A DNA stretch of 64,000 nucleotides from Candidatus Hydrogenedentota bacterium. Lineage in GTDB: Bacteria; Hydrogenedentota; Hydrogenedentia; Hydrogenedentales; SLHB01. Positions 60,089-64,000 of this stretch are shown here, one piece after another. The notes beneath the pieces were generated by a model that worked only from the letters and a program-made list of their open reading frames with translations, had not been told where the DNA came from and searched no databases. Both the position numbers and the translations under genes were made by a program. The DNA lies in the NCBI GenBank assembly GCA_963745075.1, contig CAVUWV010000028.1, forward strand, positions 128,001-192,000. The letters run 5' to 3'. How positions within the stretch are numbered: position 1 is the first letter of the stretch; every line of letters starts with the position of its first letter.

Positions 60089-61914
60089 ATGTACCGCATA
60101 GTGCTGTATTCGATCATCTCGACGTGCCTTCTTGGAGTCTCTTCGGCGAGCGGAAATGTATTCACCGAAGCGCGCAGTCTTCCGGAGTGGTGCGTATATG
60201 TAACGGCCGGGTCCGTGCGTCAGTTGGCGGCGGACCCGAACGAAGTGGCGACCGCCGTGACGCGATTGCGGGAATTGGGCGTCACCAAGGTCTTTCTCGA
60301 GGTCTATCGAGGGGATGTCGTTCCCACGGAGTCGTTAATCACCGTCCGGGACGCGTTGCGCGCGAAAGAGTTTGAGGTATCCGGTGGCATTGCCACCGTG
60401 CCGGGCGACGGGTTTGGCGTGCGCCAGGAAGCGCCGCTGGGCTGGTTCAACTGGCAGAACCCGAAAACGCAAGATGACATGCGAACCATCGTGGAGAATA
60501 CGGCGGGACTATTCAATGAATTCATCATCGACGACTTCTTCTGTACTGGAGACCTGAGCGCGGAATCGCAGAAGGCGCGGGGCAACCGTTCCTGGTCGGA
60601 CTATCGCCGGGATCTGATGGCCGGAATCGCGGAATCGGTCTTCATCGCGCCGGCCAAATCGGTCAACCCGAACATCACGATGATTATCAAGTATCCTCAG
60701 TGGTACGACAAGTTCCACGAGTTCGGATACGACGTGGCCCGCGAGTCCCCCCTCTTCGACAAGGTCTGGGTGGGCACGGAAACGCGCGGGGCATCGACGC
60801 AACGTTTCGGGTACACGCAGGCGTACATGGGATTCAACAATTACCGCTGGATCGCCTCGATCGCCGGCGCAAAACGTCCGGTGCATGGTTCGATCACGGC
60901 GACTGCGACGCGATCGACTTTGTGGACCAGGCCTATCAAAGCGTTCTGGCCGGCGCTCCGGCGATCATGATCTTCAGTTACGGCGCGGTCCGCGAAGGGC
61001 ATCCGGGGCATCCGTTGCTCATCGAGGCGCAGGACCAGCTGCAATGCTTGGCGGAGGTCGTTCGGCAATCGCCGGTGGTCGGGGTCGCCGCCTACAAGCC
61101 GCCCAACAGCGACGCGGGCAGCGACCTGTTCATCATGGACGCCATCGGTATGCTCGGCATTCCGCTGGTACCCGTCTCGAAATGGCCGGCCGACGCGGAC
61201 GTTCTGTTTCTCCCAACGCAAGCCGCCGCCGATCCCAACCTTGCGCCATTGGTGCAGGAAGCCGTCAAAGCGAAGAAGACCATCATCATGACGCCGGGAC
61301 TTCTCCATGCCGCCCAAGGTGCGAAAACGCTCGCTCAAGTGGCCGGCGTGGCCTCCCCCGTGGTCACGGAACCGCTGACTGCGGATCGCGCGCTGGTAAA
61401 TGGTACGGAAGTCTCCCTTCCCCGCTCCCTGGACATCGCGGCAAAGCTGACCGTAACGGACGCGAAGCCGTTGGCATTTGCAACGGCCGGTGACGATCAA
61501 ATACCGCTTTTGACCCGGCGCGACGTAAAAGGGGCCCGGGTGTTCGTTCTGAACGTGCGGAGTTATTCGCAAAAAGATTACGACGCGGTCGAGGAAGTGC
61601 TCCTTGCACCCCGTCCCCTCGGTCTTCTGGAATTGCCGCGCACCGTGGTCAACGTCCTACGCGCGGCATTCGATGAACCGTTTGGCATTACCTTCGACGC
61701 GGGTGCCCGGATCACGTTGCAGACTCTGGCGGATGGCAGCGCCGTTATTCAGAACTACCAGGACACCCCACAAACCATGCAGTTGACGGTTCCGGCGGGG
61801 ATTCCGGGCGACGTGAAAGATTTGTTCGAGAACAACGAGGTGCGGCAAGAGGGAAATCAGATTTTTGTCAATTTGCCCCCCCGGTCACGCGTCTGGTTGT
61901 CGTCCATTCGGTAA
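60089..61914 (+). CDS. Secreted hypothetical protein, glycoside-hydrolase-like; frameshift near 60873
   Basis: Signal peptide; IIDDFF, IIKYPQWY and VGTETR, continuing GAWFDH... in the next frame to TAA 61914. Confidence 0.65.
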
Positions 61915-61932
61915 GCAGCAGCCCGTAGCGCG

Positions 61933-63816
61933 CTACTTTCCGCGGAGCTTGCGCCAGAGCTTCTTGATCGGGTTATTGGTTTCCTCGGGCTCGTCCGTTG
62001 CCGGCCTACTCGAAGACGCTCCCGAAGAATCGGCCATGATCGGCGCCTGTTCGGGATTAGATGCTGTTGCGGGGTCTTCCGTTAATCCAGAAGTACCCTG
62101 GGAAACTTGCGCAAAGAAGTCCTCGCGCGGGGGCAGGCCGTCCGTCCCGTACAACTTGAGCGATTGGCCGACGGAAAGCGTGTTGGCGTCACGCATACCA
62201 TTCCACCATTGAAGGTCGCGGACAGTGACCCCGTAAAGGCTCGCAATTTTCGAAAGGCTGTCCCCGGGCTGCACAACATGTTCTCGCCCGACCAGGTCTG
62301 ACGATGCGGTGTCTTCCGCGATCGCTCTCGCCGTTTGAACAGCGCCATCCACGGTGTCAGTGATAGACTCTGGGGTGGAAGCATCCGTCGGCGTTAGCAA
62401 GTCGTTTCCGACGTATTCCGGGGCGGACACCACCGTTTCCGGTTCCGTCTGCCAGTCCATGCGAACCAACTGGATGTACCACTGCGGCGCCGGTTCGACA
62501 GCCCGCGGAATCCGGAGCGTCGTCGCATCGGTGCTCGCCAACTTCGGACCACTTTCCCCGGCGCTCACTGCCCCACTTGCAGACAAGACGGGGGCGTTGG
62601 GTGGGGCCACCTGCGTGCCGATGGGACCTCGTTGCACTTCCGCCGTTGGCTCGGAATCGCTGTGGAACGCCGATAATAGGAGCGCGTACGTGACGGTGGC
62701 CAAGACGATGAACGCGACAAGCCCTACCACGAGGGTCACGATATTGCGCTTCCTCCGGACCAGCATGCGAACGACCGACGTGCCGGTCAGGCGGGTCTCC
62801 GCTTCGGCAAGACGCCGGGGGCGGACCCTGCTGGACGATTCCGTGACCATCGGAATGGTCCATTCGCTGGACGCAACACTTCCCGGATGCGTGAGTTGCG
62901 CCTGGGCACGCATCAATTCCGCATGGAAGGCCTTCACCGATTCGTAGCGATTCTTGGGGCGCTTCGCGAGGGCTTGCTGTAACACATCGGCCAGTACCGC
63001 CGGGATTCGGCCCGGAGCCACGGCGTCCAAACGCGGCGCCGGAATGTTGACATGCGCGTTCAACACTTCGGTCAACGTGCCTCGGAACGGTGGCGCACCC
63101 GAAAACAGTTGGAACAGCAGAATCCCCATGGAATACACGTCGGTCGCGGGCGAAATCTCGCCGAAGGTCTTCGAGTCAATCTGTTCCGGCGCCATGTACA
63201 GGGGCGTGCCCGGTCCGCCACTATCGGTCGTGGTGAGCCGGGACAACTGCTCCTCGTCGTCCGTCGACCGCGCAACGCCGAAATCCATCAGTTTTGCCGA
63301 AACCTCGCCGGTTTCGGAATGGGTAATCATGATATTGGACGGTTTGATGTCGCGGTGAATGATTTCCAGGGCATGGATTCGCGACAGCGCTTCGAGACAT
63401 TGGAGGCCGATCTGCAGCGCTTTGCCGACCGGGAGCACGATTCCCTCTTCGGCGTTTCGTTCGAGGAGGAACTGCAAGGTCTCCCCTTCCACAAACTCCA
63501 TGACAAGATGAATCTGTCCGCTCGATTCAAACCGATCGAAAAGGGTCACGATATGAGGGTGCGGTCCCACCTTGGCATGAAGCAGGCATTCGCGCTCGAT
63601 GCGTTTGCGAAATTCGGAGTCGCGCGACAGTTCCTGTTTGACGCTCTTGATCGCGACCCGGCGATGGAGTTCCGTGTCTTCCGCGAGGCACACGGAACCC
63701 ATGGCCCCGGCTCCCAGCGATTTGATCACGCGAAACCGGTCCGACTCGAAGTCGATCTGTCCATCACTACTTTTACTGCGCTCGCCCGGCAGCGATGATG
63801 TAGAATCGGAATGCAT
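61933..63816 (-). CDS. Hanks-type Ser/Thr kinase with TM helix and C-terminal LysM domain
   Basis: LGAGAMG, VAIK, HRDIKPSN, DFG and YMAPE; TM IVTLVVGLVAFIVLATVTYALLL; LysM HVVQPGDSLSKIASLYGVTVRDLQWWN...LSVGQSLKL. Confidence 0.92.
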   Translation of the reverse strand: MHSDSTSSLPGERSKSSDGQIDFESDRFRVIKSLGAGAMGSVCLAEDTELHRRVAIKSVKQELSRDSEFRKRIERECLLHAKVGPHPHIVTLFDRFESSGQIHLVMEFVEGETLQFLLERNAEEGIVLPVGKALQIGLQCLEALSRIHALEIIHRDIKPSNIMITHSETGEVSAKLMDFGVARSTDDEEQLSRLTTTDSGGPGTPLYMAPEQIDSKTFGEISPATDVYSMGILLFQLFSGAPPFRGTLTEVLNAHVNIPAPRLDAVAPGRIPAVLADVLQQALAKRPKNRYESVKAFHAELMRAQAQLTHPGSVASSEWTIPMVTESSSRVRPRRLAEAETRLTGTSVVRMLVRRKRNIVTLVVGLVAFIVLATVTYALLLSAFHSDSEPTAEVQRGPIGTQVAPPNAPVLSASGAVSAGESGPKLASTDATTLRIPRAVEPAPQWYIQLVRMDWQTEPETVVSAPEYVGNDLLTPTDASTPESITDTVDGAVQTARAIAEDTASSDLVGREHVVQPGDSLSKIASLYGVTVRDLQWWNGMRDANTLSVGQSLKLYGTDGLPPREDFFAQVSQGTSGLTEDPATASNPEQAPIMADSSGASSSRPATDEPEETNNPIKKLWRKLRGK

Positions 63817-64000
63817 GCCTCAAGCTCCAGTATCCACAGCCCTTGAACGCTTATCTTACCACCTTACGGCATTGTTATCACAAGTATTTTTTGCCACCGG
63901 ATTGCGTGCGGGGTTTGCGGGCTCGGTGGCTTTGGAAATTGCGTTATTCACGACCGCCGTCTATTATACGGTACCGTTCATCGCACCTTAAGGGTAAGGT

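Overview
GC-rich bacterial chromosomal window of about 48 CDS. It contains a block of secreted or Tat-exported carbohydrate- and phosphate-processing enzymes (2.2-16.2 kb), putA, a TPP-enzyme/BASS-symporter/SDR operon, a phospholipid-salvage-like cluster (GDPD, alkaline phosphatase, esterase, LplT-Aas fusion, MarR), ilvC and an NSS transporter with a 32-aa partner ORF missing from the ORF track. Further on are a URO-D-family/rhaM cluster, an orphan 44-aa helical-repeat protein, a DUF4331 gene, an FMN-riboswitch-led ribD-ribE-ribBA-ribH-nusB operon, a GT-C/sulfatase-like pair and a Ser/Thr kinase-TM-LysM protein. I saw no rRNA, tRNA, CRISPR array, transposase or phage gene. The clearest non-coding signal is a dense set of intergenic palindromic repeats, including four 155-160 bp REPIN/MITE-like elements with a covarying internal hairpin. 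Seven genes carry single-base frameshifts (an eighth short ORF has a broken 5' end), most likely assembly indel errors. All product calls come from motif recognition by eye, not from database searches. I cannot show a proven novel system; the best leads are ranked in the findings.
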